The notes: generated by a model from the letters alone, not told the origin. Positions 37,908 through 48,185 are shown, counted from the stretch's first letter. The stretch: 64,000 nucleotides of DNA from Acidimicrobiales bacterium (GCA_046155365.1 JBJXFH010000068.1:8921-72920); one strand, 5' to 3'. Program-made: numbers and translations.

Positions 37908-38996
37908 TCAGCGGCCCAGCAACTCACGCAGGGCACCCAGCAACAGCGATACGTTCCGGGCCCGAGCGGTGTGGCCCATGAGCCCGATCCGCCACACCTT
38001 GCCGGCGAAGGCCCCCAGCCCGCCCCCGATCTCGATCCCGTACTCCACCAGCAGACGACGTCGCAACGCGGCCTCGCCGTCACGGTGGGCCTCGGGCACC
38101 CAGACCGTGGTGAGCTCCGGCAAACGGTGCCCTTCGGCGGCGAACAGCTCCAGACCCTGCTCCACCAGGCCTTCCTGCAGGCGGGTCCCCAGCGAACCGT
38201 GCCGTTCCCAGGACGCCTCGAGACCTTCCTCCAGCACCACCCCGAGCGCCGCGTGCAGGGCGAAGACCATGGAGATGGGTGCCGTGTGGTGGTACGCCCG
38301 GGCCCCCTCACCGCCCACGTACTTGGCGATCATGTTGAGGTCCAGATACCACGACGACGGCTTCTCCAGCAGCCGGCTCCGGGCCCGATCCGACACCGTG
38401 AGGGGCGACAACCCGGGCGGGCACCCCAGGCACTTCTGCGTTCCCGAGTACGCGATGTCCACCCCCCAACCGTCGATCTCCAGGGGAATCCCACCCAGAG
38501 AGGTCACGCAGTCCACCAGCAGCAAGGCGTCACCCTTGAGCTCCCCGAGGGGCTCGATGTCATTGCGGACCCCGGTTGAGGTCTCGGCGTGGACCACGGC
38601 GATGATGGCCGGTGACGGGTGGGCCGCGGCCAGCTGCTGGGGATCAATGGGCTGGCCCCAAGGGGCGTCCACCCGTATGACCTCCGCCCCGCAGCGTCCG
38701 GCCACATCGACCATGCGCTCCCCGAACACCCCGTTGACCCCGATGACCACCGGTTGGCCCGGCTGCACGAAGTTCACGAAGGACGCTTCCATGCCCGCCG
38801 AGCCGGTGGCGCTGATCGGGAACGTCAGTGGGTTGGCAGTGCGGAACACCTGCCGCAGCCGGTCACTGGTCTCATCGAGCACGGCGATGAAGTCCGGATC
38901 CAGATGGCCCAGCATGGGTCGGCCCAGGGCCAGGGTCACCTCGGGGTAGGGATTGCACGGCCCAGGGCCCATGAGAACTCGATCGGTCAGCGCCAC
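37908..38996 (-). CDS. Alanine-glyoxylate aminotransferase family (class V PLP enzyme)
   Basis: LMGPGP, HAETSTG, DCVTSLGG, SGTQKCL, YHHTAP, WRIGLMG. Confidence 0.93.
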   Translation of the reverse strand: MALTDRVLMGPGPCNPYPEVTLALGRPMLGHLDPDFIAVLDETSDRLRQVFRTANPLTFPISATGSAGMEASFVNFVQPGQPVVIGVNGVFGERMVDVAGRCGAEVIRVDAPWGQPIDPQQLAAAHPSPAIIAVVHAETSTGVRNDIEPLGELKGDALLLVDCVTSLGGIPLEIDGWGVDIAYSGTQKCLGCPPGLSPLTVSDRARSRLLEKPSSWYLDLNMIAKYVGGEGARAYHHTAPISMVFALHAALGVVLEEGLEASWERHGSLGTRLQEGLVEQGLELFAAEGHRLPELTTVWVPEAHRDGEAALRRRLLVEYGIEIGGGLGAFAGKVWRIGLMGHTARARNVSLLLGALRELLGR

Positions 38997-40027
38997 GAGG
39001 GGGCATCGTAGTGACCCCTCACCTCGGCCGCGTCCGACAACGCCGCCACCATCCCGTCGAGCAGGTCATCATCGGAGATCACCACGGCGTCCAGGCTGAA
39101 GTGACGCATGATGGCCACCACCGCGCAGCTCCCACCGAGGATGGTGCTGGTCCGGGACTCGGGCAGGCCCGGATTGTGTCGCCGGGCGGACAGCGGTTCG
39201 GTCACCACGGTACGGAACACATCCTCGGCGGCAGCGCGGTCCAGCCGGAAACGGTTGATCCGGTCCCGATCGTAGGGTTCGAGGCCGATCTCGATGGCCG
39301 CCATGGTGGTGAACGTGCCGCCCAGGCCCACAAAGGTGAGGGTGGAATCGGCGCCCAGCTGCGGTAGGGCCCGGCTCACATCATCGAGATGGACAGCGGC
39401 GATGGACAGGGCGGCGCTGAGCTCCTCGGGGCGGGGCGGGTCCCGATGCAGGTAGGTCTCGGTGAGCACCGACGCCCCGATCGGAATCGAACACACCGCC
39501 TCGCACTGTTCCCGGCCCACCGCGAACTCACAAGATCCCCCGCCCAGATCCACGGTGACCAGCAGACCGTCCTGGTCTTCGGACTGCTGGCCCCGGTCGC
39601 CCAGGTGGTCTCGCAGACCGGCAGCGGCCCCGGCGAAGGCCAGCCGGCCCTCCTCGTTGGCGTCCACCAGGTCTATGTCCAGGCCCAAACACGCCGCCGC
39701 GGGTTGCAGGAACACCTCGGGATCCCGGGCCAGCCGAACACCCTCGGTGGCAATGGCCCGGGCCCGAGACACCCCATGGGCCCGGAGCAGCCCGGCGTAA
39801 CCGCTGAGCGTGTCCAAGGTGACCCGCAACGTGTCCACGTCGAACTGCCCGTGCTGGCGAACTCCGCGACCGAGGTGGGTGACGGTGGCCTGGCGGTGCA
39901 GCGTTCGGCCCCCCTGGCTGATCAGCAACCGGACGGACTGGGTGCCGATGTCAATGGCCGCCACCACCGGCTGCTGGGTTGCCGGTGCGGGGCCGTGCCC
40001 GATGGGGTCCCGGGGATGGTCAGTCAC
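38987..40027 (-). CDS. Ppx/GppA exopolyphosphatase family protein
   Basis: AAIDIGTQSVRLLI, EEGRLAFAG, DLGGGSCEF, DLLDG. Confidence 0.9.
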   Translation of the reverse strand: MTDHPRDPIGHGPAPATQQPVVAAIDIGTQSVRLLISQGGRTLHRQATVTHLGRGVRQHGQFDVDTLRVTLDTLSGYAGLLRAHGVSRARAIATEGVRLARDPEVFLQPAAACLGLDIDLVDANEEGRLAFAGAAAGLRDHLGDRGQQSEDQDGLLVTVDLGGGSCEFAVGREQCEAVCSIPIGASVLTETYLHRDPPRPEELSAALSIAAVHLDDVSRALPQLGADSTLTFVGLGGTFTTMAAIEIGLEPYDRDRINRFRLDRAAAEDVFRTVVTEPLSARRHNPGLPESRTSTILGGSCAVVAIMRHFSLDAVVISDDDLLDGMVAALSDAAEVRGHYDAPSWR

Positions 40028-40556
40028 GGCCCGGCTCGTCCTTGGCGTCACCGGCGGGCGCCACCGCGGCCAGCTGATGGTGCACCCATCGGCCCACCGG
40101 GTCCTCGCAGCCCGCCAGGTAATTGGCGTAGTGGGCGTGGAGACATTTCACACCCTGGCGGGTGCCGCCCACCCCACCGAAGGGTCGGGGACCGTGATGA
40201 TCCGCCGGGAGCAGCCGGTCCCGCTCCTGGGCGTGGTCTCGGTGCAGTTGCGCCAGTGTCTCCGGGCCGATCTCGGCTTCGGCGCGGTTCACCCCGCCGG
40301 CGGCTTCCAATCGACCCACCAGCACCCGCTCCCGGGCGCCGACCAGCCAGAAGCGGGTGGGCATGGGGGTGCCGTCATCGAGCAGCGGGGCGTTCTCGAT
40401 GACCACCGGGGCGCCGTTGTGGTCCCGCGCCGCTACCCGGAACGCGGCCATCGGCGGCCGACCCAACAGCGCCGCCACCGCGTCACGATCCTGGGCGCTG
40501 GCCTGCAGGTGGGCTGAGCGTGGCTGGTTCGGCGCGGGTACCGGAGCCGGTTCCAT
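40020..40556 (-). CDS. DUF501 domain protein
   Basis: P.LDDGTPMPTRFWL, RLEAAGG, GGVGG..GVKCLHAH. Confidence 0.9.
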   Translation of the reverse strand: MEPAPVPAPNQPRSAHLQASAQDRDAVAALLGRPPMAAFRVAARDHNGAPVVIENAPLLDDGTPMPTRFWLVGARERVLVGRLEAAGGVNRAEAEIGPETLAQLHRDHAQERDRLLPADHHGPRPFGGVGGTRQGVKCLHAHYANYLAGCEDPVGRWVHHQLAAVAPAGDAKDEPGRD

Positions 40557-40615
40557 CTCGCGGGCGTGGATGTGGGGGTCGATGTGGGGGTCGATGTCGG
40601 GGTGGATGGGGGCGC

Positions 40616-41395
40616 TCAGCGCCGACGACGCCGCAGCCATCGTCCGACCACCATGAGGCCGAACAGTCCGGCCAGCACCGGAGCCAGACGCTTGAGCATG
40701 GGGGCACCGGTGGCGCCGAGCAGATCCACCGGCTCAACCGGATCCTGGGTGACGATCTTGCGCACCCCCGGGCCGGCACCGTTGCTGGCAGCGGAGGACG
40801 CCGCAGCCCCGTCAGCGTCCGCCGACGTTGCCGGGCCCGCAGCGGTGGCGGCGGTGCCCGCAGCCGGACCGGCTGCCGCGGACTCGGCCGCGGCGGAAGA
40901 TGCCGAGTCCGGGGTTGACGCGGCATCAGCGCTGGTCACCGCGCCGGGTCCGGTTTGTGCCAGGACCTTGGTTTCGAGGTTCTGGACGAACTGACCCAGC
41001 AACTTCTCGCTGACCTCGGCCATGACCCCACGCCCGAACTGGGCCACCTTGCCGGTGACCGCCAGGTCCGTGGTGACGGTGACCTTGGTGCCGCTGCCCA
41101 CCGCCACCAGCTGCGCGGTGATGGTGGCGTTGGCGTTGCCCTGACGGACATCACGGCCCTCCGCCCGTAGCACCGCACGATGGGCGGCGTCGTCCTTCTC
41201 GATGAAGGTGGCCTTGCCCTTGTAGTTGGCGGTGATGGGCCCCACCTTGACCTTCACCGATCCCCGGTACTCGTCACCCTCGATCTCCTCGAGTTGGGCG
41301 CCGGGCAGGCAGGGGGCGATGCGTTCGACATCGGTGAGCAACGCCCAGGTCTGATCGATGGGGCGGTCGACCTCGAACTCGCTGTTCAGCTCCAT
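40616..41395 (-). CDS. coxG: CoxG/SRPBCC family protein with C-terminal membrane anchor
   Basis: DVERIAPCLPGA, VKVGPI, GKVAQFGRG, hydrophobic tail ending RRRRR. Confidence 0.88.
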   Translation of the reverse strand: MELNSEFEVDRPIDQTWALLTDVERIAPCLPGAQLEEIEGDEYRGSVKVKVGPITANYKGKATFIEKDDAAHRAVLRAEGRDVRQGNANATITAQLVAVGSGTKVTVTTDLAVTGKVAQFGRGVMAEVSEKLLGQFVQNLETKVLAQTGPGAVTSADAASTPDSASSAAAESAAAGPAAGTAATAAGPATSADADGAAASSAASNGAGPGVRKIVTQDPVEPVDLLGATGAPMLKRLAPVLAGLFGLMVVGRWLRRRRR

Positions 41396-41461
41396 GGCTT
41401 CGTTCTCGCCTTCTCGAATGCACCGGTAACCCCGCGCACCGGGGACTTCCCGCCAAGCTAC

Positions 41462-42046
41462 TCACGGGCCCCGGCGTGGAGCGTCCGCGTCCAACGCCCG
41501 AAGATCCTCAACGGTGTCCACGTCCATGGGGTCACCCTCACACGCCACCTCGGTGACCAGCTCCGGCCGGGCCCGCATCAGCGTCCGGGCGCCCTCGTCC
41601 CCGGCCACGGGCAGCAACGACCACACCGAGCGGTGCAGCCGTACCGGGTTGCGTCGGCGGCCGCCATAACTGGCCACGGCCAGGGGTGCATCCGACGCCG
41701 CCACCGCCCGCCACACCTCCGCCGGGATCAACGGCTGATCACCCAGTCCCACCACCACCGCCTCGTGACCGGCGTGATCGGCGGCGGCGATGGCCACTCG
41801 CAACGAGGTCGCCTGGCCATCGGCCCAGGCCGGATTGTGCAACAAGGTGACCCTGGCGCCGGACAGCACATCGCTGAGATCCACCGCTCCGTCCACCACG
41901 ATGACCTCATCGAAACCGGCTGCCAGCACCGGGTCCAGGGCGTGGCGCACCACCGAACGCCCCTTCCACAACGCCAGCAACTTGTGGGTGTTGCCCTGGT
42001 AACGACTGCCGGCGCCCGCCGCCAGGACCACCGCTGCGGTACTCAC
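41462..42046 (-). CDS. Molybdenum cofactor cytidylyltransferase-like (MocA-like) nucleotidyltransferase
   Basis: VLAAGAGSRY..HKLL, NP.W..GQATSL, LGDQP, GDEGAR, DVDT.EDL. Confidence 0.88.
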   Translation of the reverse strand: MSTAAVVLAAGAGSRYQGNTHKLLALWKGRSVVRHALDPVLAAGFDEVIVVDGAVDLSDVLSGARVTLLHNPAWADGQATSLRVAIAAADHAGHEAVVVGLGDQPLIPAEVWRAVAASDAPLAVASYGGRRRNPVRLHRSVWSLLPVAGDEGARTLMRARPELVTEVACEGDPMDVDTVEDLRALDADAPRRGP

Positions 42047-42048
42047 CG

Positions 42049-43230
42049 TCAGTAGCTGCGGGGCAGGCCCAGGACGTGTTCGGTGACGTAGTTGAGGATC
42101 ATTTCCTGGCTGATGGGGGCGATGCGCATGAGCCGGGCCTCCCGCCAGTACCGCTCCACGTGGTACTCCCGGGCGTACCCCATGCCGCCGAGGGTCTGCA
42201 TGGCCTGGTCCGCGGCCTGGAAACCGGCGTCGGCGCACAGCCACTTGGCGATGTTGGCACCCTCGCCGACGGTGCTGGCGGGGTAGCCCTGGTCGTACTG
42301 CCAGGCGGCCTGCTGCATGACCAACTCGGCCGCCTTCAGCCGGTTGTAGGCCTCCGCCAGCGGGAACGCCAGGCCCTGGTTCTGGCCGATGGGCCGGCCG
42401 AACACGATCCGCTCCTTGGCGTACTGCACCGCCTTGTCCAGCGCTGCGTGCCCGGTGCCCAGCGCTTCGGAGGCGATGAGGAGCCGTTCGGGGTTGAGCC
42501 CGTCCAAGATGGCGGTGAAGCCCAGGCCCTCCTCGCCGATGCGGTCCCCAGCGTCCACGATGTGATCGTCATAGACCACCTCGCAGCTCACCACGGCGTT
42601 GCGACCAACCTTGGGGATGGGGGTGATGGTGACCTCGGGGGCCTGCAGGTCCGCCAGGAACAGGGTCATGCCCTCGGTGCGGCGCTTGACGTCCTCGCGG
42701 GGGGTGGTGCGGGTCAGCAGCAGCACCTTTTGGCAGTACGGGGCCTTGGTGGTCCACACCTTGCGGCCGCGGATCTTGTAGTGGCTGCCGTCAGCGGACA
42801 GCGTGGCCCGGGTCTTGATGGAGGGGGTGTCAGTCCCGGCGTCGGGTTCGGTGACCCCGAACGCGATGTGCAAGGAGCCCTCCGCCACCTGCGGCAGGTA
42901 CTTCCTCTTCTGCTCCTCGGTGCCGAACTTGACCACCGGGTTCATCCCGAAGATGGACAGGTGGATGGCCGAGCAGCCGTTCATGGCGGCGCCGGAGCGG
43001 GCCACGGTCTGCAACACCACGGTGGCCTCAGCGATGCCCTGACCGCCGCCGCCGTACTCCTCAGGGATGCAGATGCCGATCCAGCCGCCATCGGCCATGG
43101 CCTGGTAGAAGTCCCACGGGAACTCGTGCTTTTCGTCCTTTTCCGACCAGTAGGTGTCCGGGAACGCCGAGCACACCTTCTGCACACCCTCTCGGATGGC
43201 CTCGTGGTCGGGGTTGGGGGTGAAATCCAC
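42049..43230 (-). CDS. Acyl-CoA dehydrogenase
   Basis: IPEEYGGGG, FGVTEPDAGTD, GRKVWTT, RIVFGRPIGQNQG, GGMGYAREYHVER. Confidence 0.95.
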   Translation of the reverse strand: MDFTPNPDHEAIREGVQKVCSAFPDTYWSEKDEKHEFPWDFYQAMADGGWIGICIPEEYGGGGQGIAEATVVLQTVARSGAAMNGCSAIHLSIFGMNPVVKFGTEEQKRKYLPQVAEGSLHIAFGVTEPDAGTDTPSIKTRATLSADGSHYKIRGRKVWTTKAPYCQKVLLLTRTTPREDVKRRTEGMTLFLADLQAPEVTITPIPKVGRNAVVSCEVVYDDHIVDAGDRIGEEGLGFTAILDGLNPERLLIASEALGTGHAALDKAVQYAKERIVFGRPIGQNQGLAFPLAEAYNRLKAAELVMQQAAWQYDQGYPASTVGEGANIAKWLCADAGFQAADQAMQTLGGMGYAREYHVERYWREARLMRIAPISQEMILNYVTEHVLGLPRSY

Positions 43231-43586
43231 GTCTGACGCCTTCCTGCATTGGTCGTTGCGGGCCACCGCCGCCGGGTCCCATTCTCGCCATCGGCCACCG
43301 GCTGGGCCAAGCCGTCGCAGAACTGCAGCGAAGTCGCGCTCAGTTTCTGGCGCGCGGATGTCGATGTAGCCCTCGTGGATTACGGCGCCCTGCATCGATC
43401 ACTGCGCGGATCATCGAGATGTGGGACGTCATTCGCTCCATGCGACAGAACCACTCTGAGTGGTATTGAGTTCACAGTCAATCGTCGGCGAGGCCGGCTG
43501 GCGCGCACGCGGCCATCTGACGGCCGATCGATGGAGGCGAGACCGATGGAGGCGTTCCCGATGACAACCCTGATGGAGGAGGCACC

Positions 43587-46037
43587 GTGCTCGGGCGACT
43601 GAAAGTCAGCACCAAGTTGACGGTGTTGGCCGCAATCCCACTGGTATCCCTGGTCCTGCTGGGCCTCATCGCCGGCCAGACCCTGCAACAGGTCCGCATC
43701 GGCGGAGCGGCATACGGCCGGATCATCGACCGTGAACAGCTCATCGCCGACGTCGAGCACCCTCGCCTGTTCCTGGTGCAGGCCAACCTCGACGCCCACC
43801 GGCTCGAGGCCATCGCGCTCGACCCCACGCTGGCGCCCGAAGGTGGCCCCCAGGCGGTCATCACCGAGCTGGCCACCCAAGAGACGATCTACAACGACGC
43901 GCTGGCGGAATGGAAAGCCCGGCTCGACCCCAATGATCCGGTCACCAAGCAGCTCTTTGAGCAGGTCGACACCTCCGGCCAGGAGTTCTGGCGGGTGTTC
44001 CGGGAGCAGTTCCTGCCCACCTGGATGAAGGCCCAGACCGACCTTGCGGCGTTCGGCGGCACGGCCGATGAGGTCGCCCTACGCGCCGCGCTCGATCCCG
44101 CCTCCGACCAGCTGCACGTCCTCAACGACGCCTACGCCGCCCACGAAGCCCAGGTGGAGCAGTTGGTGGCCATGGCCCGCACCGACCTGGCCAACCAGGA
44201 AAAAGCGGCCAACGACCTGACCCGCGATCAGGTGATGTTGCTGATGGTGTTCGGTGGCGCCATCGTCTTGGTGGTCACCGCCATCGCCATGCTGATGGCC
44301 CGCTCCATCGGCCGCCCGATGCAGTTGATCAACGCCGAGGTCGAGCAGGCCGCCACCTCCGGTCTGGCCGAGCTGGTGCAAGCGGTGCGGGAGCTTCCGC
44401 CCGGTGCCGCTCCGCCGGAGGTCACGCCGCTGCAAGCCGGTGGCGGACCCGAGCTGCGCAAGCTGGCCGCCAGCTTCGACTCCCTGCGAGCCACCGCCAT
44501 CCAGCTGGCCGCGGGAGAAGCGCAGATCCGTCAGAGCGTGTCCTCGATGTTCGTGAACCTCGGTCGGCGCAATCAGAACCTGCTGAACCGGACGCTCAAC
44601 TTCATCACCCAGCTGGAAGAGTCCGAGCGCGATCCCGAATCCCTCGACAACCTCTTCCGCCTGGACCACCTGGTCACCCGCATGCGACGCAATGCCGAGT
44701 CGCTGCTGGTGCTGGCCGGTCACGATGCCACCCGCACCTGGTCCCAGCCGGTTGACGTGGGCGACATCGTCCGCGGCGCCCTATCCGAGATCGAGGCCTA
44801 CGACCGCATCGATATCGCCGCCCTCGAGCCGGTGGAGGTTCGGGGCAACGCCGCCGCCGACATCTCCCACATGCTGGCCGAGCTCATGGAGAACGCCACC
44901 ACGTTCTCGCCGCCTTCCGCAGCCGTGAGCGTCATCGGCAAGTACGTGCATGACGGCTACCTGCTGTGCGTCACCGACAACGGCATCGGCATGACGGACA
45001 AGGAGATGACCGACGCCAACCGGCGCCTCCTCCAGGCGGACAAGTTCGACGTATCGCCGATGATGGTGCTGGGTCTGTTCGTGGTGAGCCGCCTGGCCCA
45101 GCGCTACGGGATCCAGGTGCAGCTGGCCGAATCGCCCGCCGAGGGTGTCACCGCCAAAGTGAAGCTGCCGATCTCCCTGTTGGAGGGATCGGATCTGGCT
45201 GATCGGCTGCCCTCAGCGGAAGGCGACGAGAGCGACGGCCTGTCGACGGCTCAGCCCTCCATCGGTGCTGGCCCAACCGTCGAGGTCGCTCCCGTGGTGC
45301 CCGCCGTGCAACCAGCCCCGGCGCCCGTCGCAGCCCCAGCCCCAGTCCTAACCCCCGTCGTCGCCCCGGCGCCGGTAACTCCGGTTGCAGCGCCGGCCAC
45401 CCCGACCCCGACCCCAACCCCGACCCTGACCCCGGCCCCGGCCCCGGCGGCGACACCAACCCCGGTACTCGCCGCCGCCGCCGCGATCGCACCTGAGGTT
45501 GACCCCGAGGCCGGCCTCAAGCGGCGGCGACGTGGTGCCAACATGCCCGACACCGGGCCCTCGGCGTTGGCGCCCCAAAGCGAAAGCGCCCCCGCTGAGC
45601 GGTCACCCGACGCGGTACGCAGCGCACTGAGCGCCTTCCAGGGCGGGGTGCAGTTCGGGCGGGTCATCGAAGACAGCCAGCCCGATCCCACCCCAGGCGG
45701 CGCACCCTCCGAGCCGACCCCGGCGCCCCCGGCCTCACCCGAGGCCACCCAGCCCCAGCCCCTGGTAACGGCCCCGGCCCCGACCCCGGCCGAGCCCACG
45801 CCGGTGGCAACGCCCGAAAACGCCCCGCAGCCGCAACCGGTGGCCGCAGCGGCGCCGACGGTGCTGTCGAAGCGGGTCAAGGGCGCCCAGATGATCGACA
45901 CCGGACGCGCCGCCGAGGAGCCTTCGGTGGCCCCCGCCCGGTCCGCCGACGAGGTTCGTTCCTCGCTGTCACGATTCCAGCAAGGCCAACACCAAGCCAG
46001 TAACGACGTCGCTTCTCCCGAAACTGGGAAGCAGTGA
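43587..46037 (+). CDS. Conservon sensor kinase-like protein (CvnA-like)
   Basis: Two TMs, FVNLGRRNQNL, LFRLDHLVTRMRRNAESLLVLAG, LAELMENATTFSPP, DNGIGM, LGLFVVSRLA. Confidence 0.9.
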   Translation: MLGRLKVSTKLTVLAAIPLVSLVLLGLIAGQTLQQVRIGGAAYGRIIDREQLIADVEHPRLFLVQANLDAHRLEAIALDPTLAPEGGPQAVITELATQETIYNDALAEWKARLDPNDPVTKQLFEQVDTSGQEFWRVFREQFLPTWMKAQTDLAAFGGTADEVALRAALDPASDQLHVLNDAYAAHEAQVEQLVAMARTDLANQEKAANDLTRDQVMLLMVFGGAIVLVVTAIAMLMARSIGRPMQLINAEVEQAATSGLAELVQAVRELPPGAAPPEVTPLQAGGGPELRKLAASFDSLRATAIQLAAGEAQIRQSVSSMFVNLGRRNQNLLNRTLNFITQLEESERDPESLDNLFRLDHLVTRMRRNAESLLVLAGHDATRTWSQPVDVGDIVRGALSEIEAYDRIDIAALEPVEVRGNAAADISHMLAELMENATTFSPPSAAVSVIGKYVHDGYLLCVTDNGIGMTDKEMTDANRRLLQADKFDVSPMMVLGLFVVSRLAQRYGIQVQLAESPAEGVTAKVKLPISLLEGSDLADRLPSAEGDESDGLSTAQPSIGAGPTVEVAPVVPAVQPAPAPVAAPAPVLTPVVAPAPVTPVAAPATPTPTPTPTLTPAPAPAATPTPVLAAAAAIAPEVDPEAGLKRRRRGANMPDTGPSALAPQSESAPAERSPDAVRSALSAFQGGVQFGRVIEDSQPDPTPGGAPSEPTPAPPASPEATQPQPLVTAPAPTPAEPTPVATPENAPQPQPVAAAAPTVLSKRVKGAQMIDTGRAAEEPSVAPARSADEVRSSLSRFQQGQHQASNDVASPETGKQ

Positions 46038-46050
46038 GGAGATTGTCGAG

Positions 46051-46485
46051 ATGAGCACGACCAATACAACGCTGCAAGCCCGGGTCAATGACTTCAACTG
46101 GCTGTTGTCGAGCTTTGCGGAGAACACCGCCGGGGTCGAACAATCAATCTGCGTTTCGGCTGACGGACTTTTGATGGCCATGTCCTCCACGCTGGATCGG
46201 GCCTCTGCGGACAAGCTGGCGGCCATCGTGTCAGGCCTGCGCTCGCTGTCCGACGGCGCCTCCAGGGTCATGGGCCGTGGTGGCGTGAACCAGGTGATCG
46301 TGGAGATGCAGGAAGGCTTCCTGTTCGCCTCCACGATCGGTCACGGCTCCTCCTTGGGGGTGCTGACCAGCCGTTCAGTGGACTTGGGCCTGGTCGGATA
46401 CGCCATGACCCTGTTCGTACAGCGGGTCGGGGCACAGCTCACCCCCGAGCTGATCACAGAGTTGAAGAACAGCCTGGGACGATGA
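46051..46485 (+). CDS. Roadblock/LC7 protein (CvnB-like)
   Basis: FNWLL..F, VSADGL, LAAIVSGL.SL, VEM..GFL, DLGLVGY.M. Confidence 0.92.
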   Translation: MSTTNTTLQARVNDFNWLLSSFAENTAGVEQSICVSADGLLMAMSSTLDRASADKLAAIVSGLRSLSDGASRVMGRGGVNQVIVEMQEGFLFASTIGHGSSLGVLTSRSVDLGLVGYAMTLFVQRVGAQLTPELITELKNSLGR

Positions 46486-46928
46486 ATTCGCAGGGCCACC
46501 CGAGTTCTGAACCGACCAGGGCCTCATTCGCCCGCCCATTCCTCAAACGTGACGCCGCCCAACTGGGATCGTCCGATGTGGGAACGGGTTCAACCGAGCC
46601 GAAGGTGCGGGCCTATGCCATCACCGGCGGCCGAACCAACGTCGATGCGCCCACCCTGCGCTTCGAATCCATGGTGGCGCTGACCGACGCCGGGGTCGCC
46701 GCCTCCCCCAAGTTCACGTTCGAACGCAAGAAGATCGCAGCGCTGCTGGTGCGGCCGCTGTCCGTGGCGGAACTGTCCGCCATGATCTCCGTGCCCATCG
46801 GCGTGGCTCGGGTTCTGGTTGGTGACCTTCTGGTCGCCGGCCACCTCCGGCTCTACGACGCCCCAACCGACGCTGCAACGGACATCTCCTTGGTGAGGGA
46901 GCTCATCGATGGCATACGAAACCTCTAA
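46482..46928 (+). CDS. DUF742 protein (CvnC-like)
   Basis: VRAYAITGGRT, LSVAELSA, PIGVARVLVGDL. Confidence 0.92.
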   Translation: MNSQGHPSSEPTRASFARPFLKRDAAQLGSSDVGTGSTEPKVRAYAITGGRTNVDAPTLRFESMVALTDAGVAASPKFTFERKKIAALLVRPLSVAELSAMISVPIGVARVLVGDLLVAGHLRLYDAPTDAATDISLVRELIDGIRNL

Positions 46929-47523
46929 CCCGACCGGCGTGGCCACCGCCCAGCCGCCTAACGCGGCACCGATCCCGGTCAAGATCGTGGTCGCCGGAGG
47001 CTTCGGCGTGGGCAAAACCACGTTCGTGGGCGCCATCTCCGAGATCACACCACTGTCCACCGAAGCGGCCATGACCACCTTGGCCGCCGGCGTGGACGAC
47101 GCCAGCTTGGTGACCACCAAGACCACCACCACGGTGGCCATGGACTTCGGGCGGATCACCATCGGCAACCGGATCGTGCTGTACCTCTTCGGTACGCCCG
47201 GCCAGGACCGCTTCGGCTTCATGTGGGACGACCTGGTCCAAGGTGGCCTGGGCGCGGTCATTCTGGTCGACAGCCGCCGCATCGAGGACGCCTTCCCGGC
47301 GCTGGACTACTTCGAAGAGCGCAAAATGCCCTTCATCGTGGCCGTCAACATGTTCGACGGAGGCCTCTACCACGACCTGGAGTCCGTTCGTGACGCCCTC
47401 GACGTTGATCCCGAGACGCCGATGATCGCCACCGACGCCCGCAACAACCAGTTCGTCAAGGAGACCCTCATCGCCCTGCTGGAACGGGTCATCCATCTCG
47501 CCGTCGACAAGCCGGCAGCGTAG
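46909..47523 (+). CDS. Small Ras-like GTPase (CvnD-like)
   Basis: KIVVAGGFGVGKTT, TTTVAMDFG, LFGTPGQDRF, NMFD, DAR. Confidence 0.93.
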   Translation: MAYETSNPTGVATAQPPNAAPIPVKIVVAGGFGVGKTTFVGAISEITPLSTEAAMTTLAAGVDDASLVTTKTTTTVAMDFGRITIGNRIVLYLFGTPGQDRFGFMWDDLVQGGLGAVILVDSRRIEDAFPALDYFEERKMPFIVAVNMFDGGLYHDLESVRDALDVDPETPMIATDARNNQFVKETLIALLERVIHLAVDKPAA

Positions 47524-47559
47524 AGACGAAGGCTCGGCCGGCGCAACGGTCAAGAAGTT

Positions 47560-47593
47560 GCTGGAACGGGGGGTCTGAGCCCCCCGTTCCAGC
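47560..47593. terminator. Hairpin downstream of the conservon
   Basis: 14-bp stem GCTGGAACGGGGGG/CCCCCCGTTCCAGC with a 6-nt loop. Confidence 0.7.
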
Positions 47594-47646
47594 GCGTCCA
47601 CCCCGATCAAGCGGTGCGACTTCGGTCACCCGTCAGCTCGCTTACC

Positions 47647-47845
47647 GCGCTCGGGCGCGGGGCCCAACAACTTTCTTAAACGAGGGGCCGCGGTCCCCCA
47701 ACAGCGCCAAAGCGCCTCCCCCCATCAAGCGACAATCACCCGGCGGAACTTCGGTCGCCTGGCGGCTCCCTTACGGCGCTCGGGCGGGGCCCCAACCCCA
47801 CCCTCGGAAAGGGCAGACGCGCGTGGCCGGGGCGCGTGCGGGTGG
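47647..47845. repeat. About 200-bp REP-like direct repeat, copy 1
   Basis: 47711-47845 matches 48460-48594 with 2 mismatches; looser similarity extends back to 47647. Confidence 0.9.
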
Positions 47846-48062
47846 CTCCTGGTGAAACGAATGGTGCGAGGGTTCCGGGAAACTCTCGAGCTGGGCTTCG
47901 TCCTCGGTGGAACCCGTGATTGGTCGCGATCGCGGGTGGCCCGGGACTCAACTGGCGGGGTTCGACATAGTGGAAACGCCTGGCGGATGTGCGGGCGGCC
48001 CGATGCCTTGTCGACGGAGGACCGAAACAAGTCACTCGCAGTGGGCGGCAATGGAGCTAGCC

Positions 48063-48185
48063 CCGGTTAACTTGTGCACTTTGGTAGGCGGGCCGGCTGA
48101 TCCTGTTAACAAAAGTGCAGGTCACAGCGGCTTCCTCCGAAGGTGAGATCACCGAATCCCGACCAAACTGCACAAGTCAAACCGG
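48063..48185. repeat. About 120-bp element bounded by imperfect 26-bp inverted repeats
   Basis: CCGGTTAACTTGTGCACTTTGGTAGG versus reverse complement CCGGTTTGACTTGTGCAGTTTGGTCGG. Confidence 0.7.
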
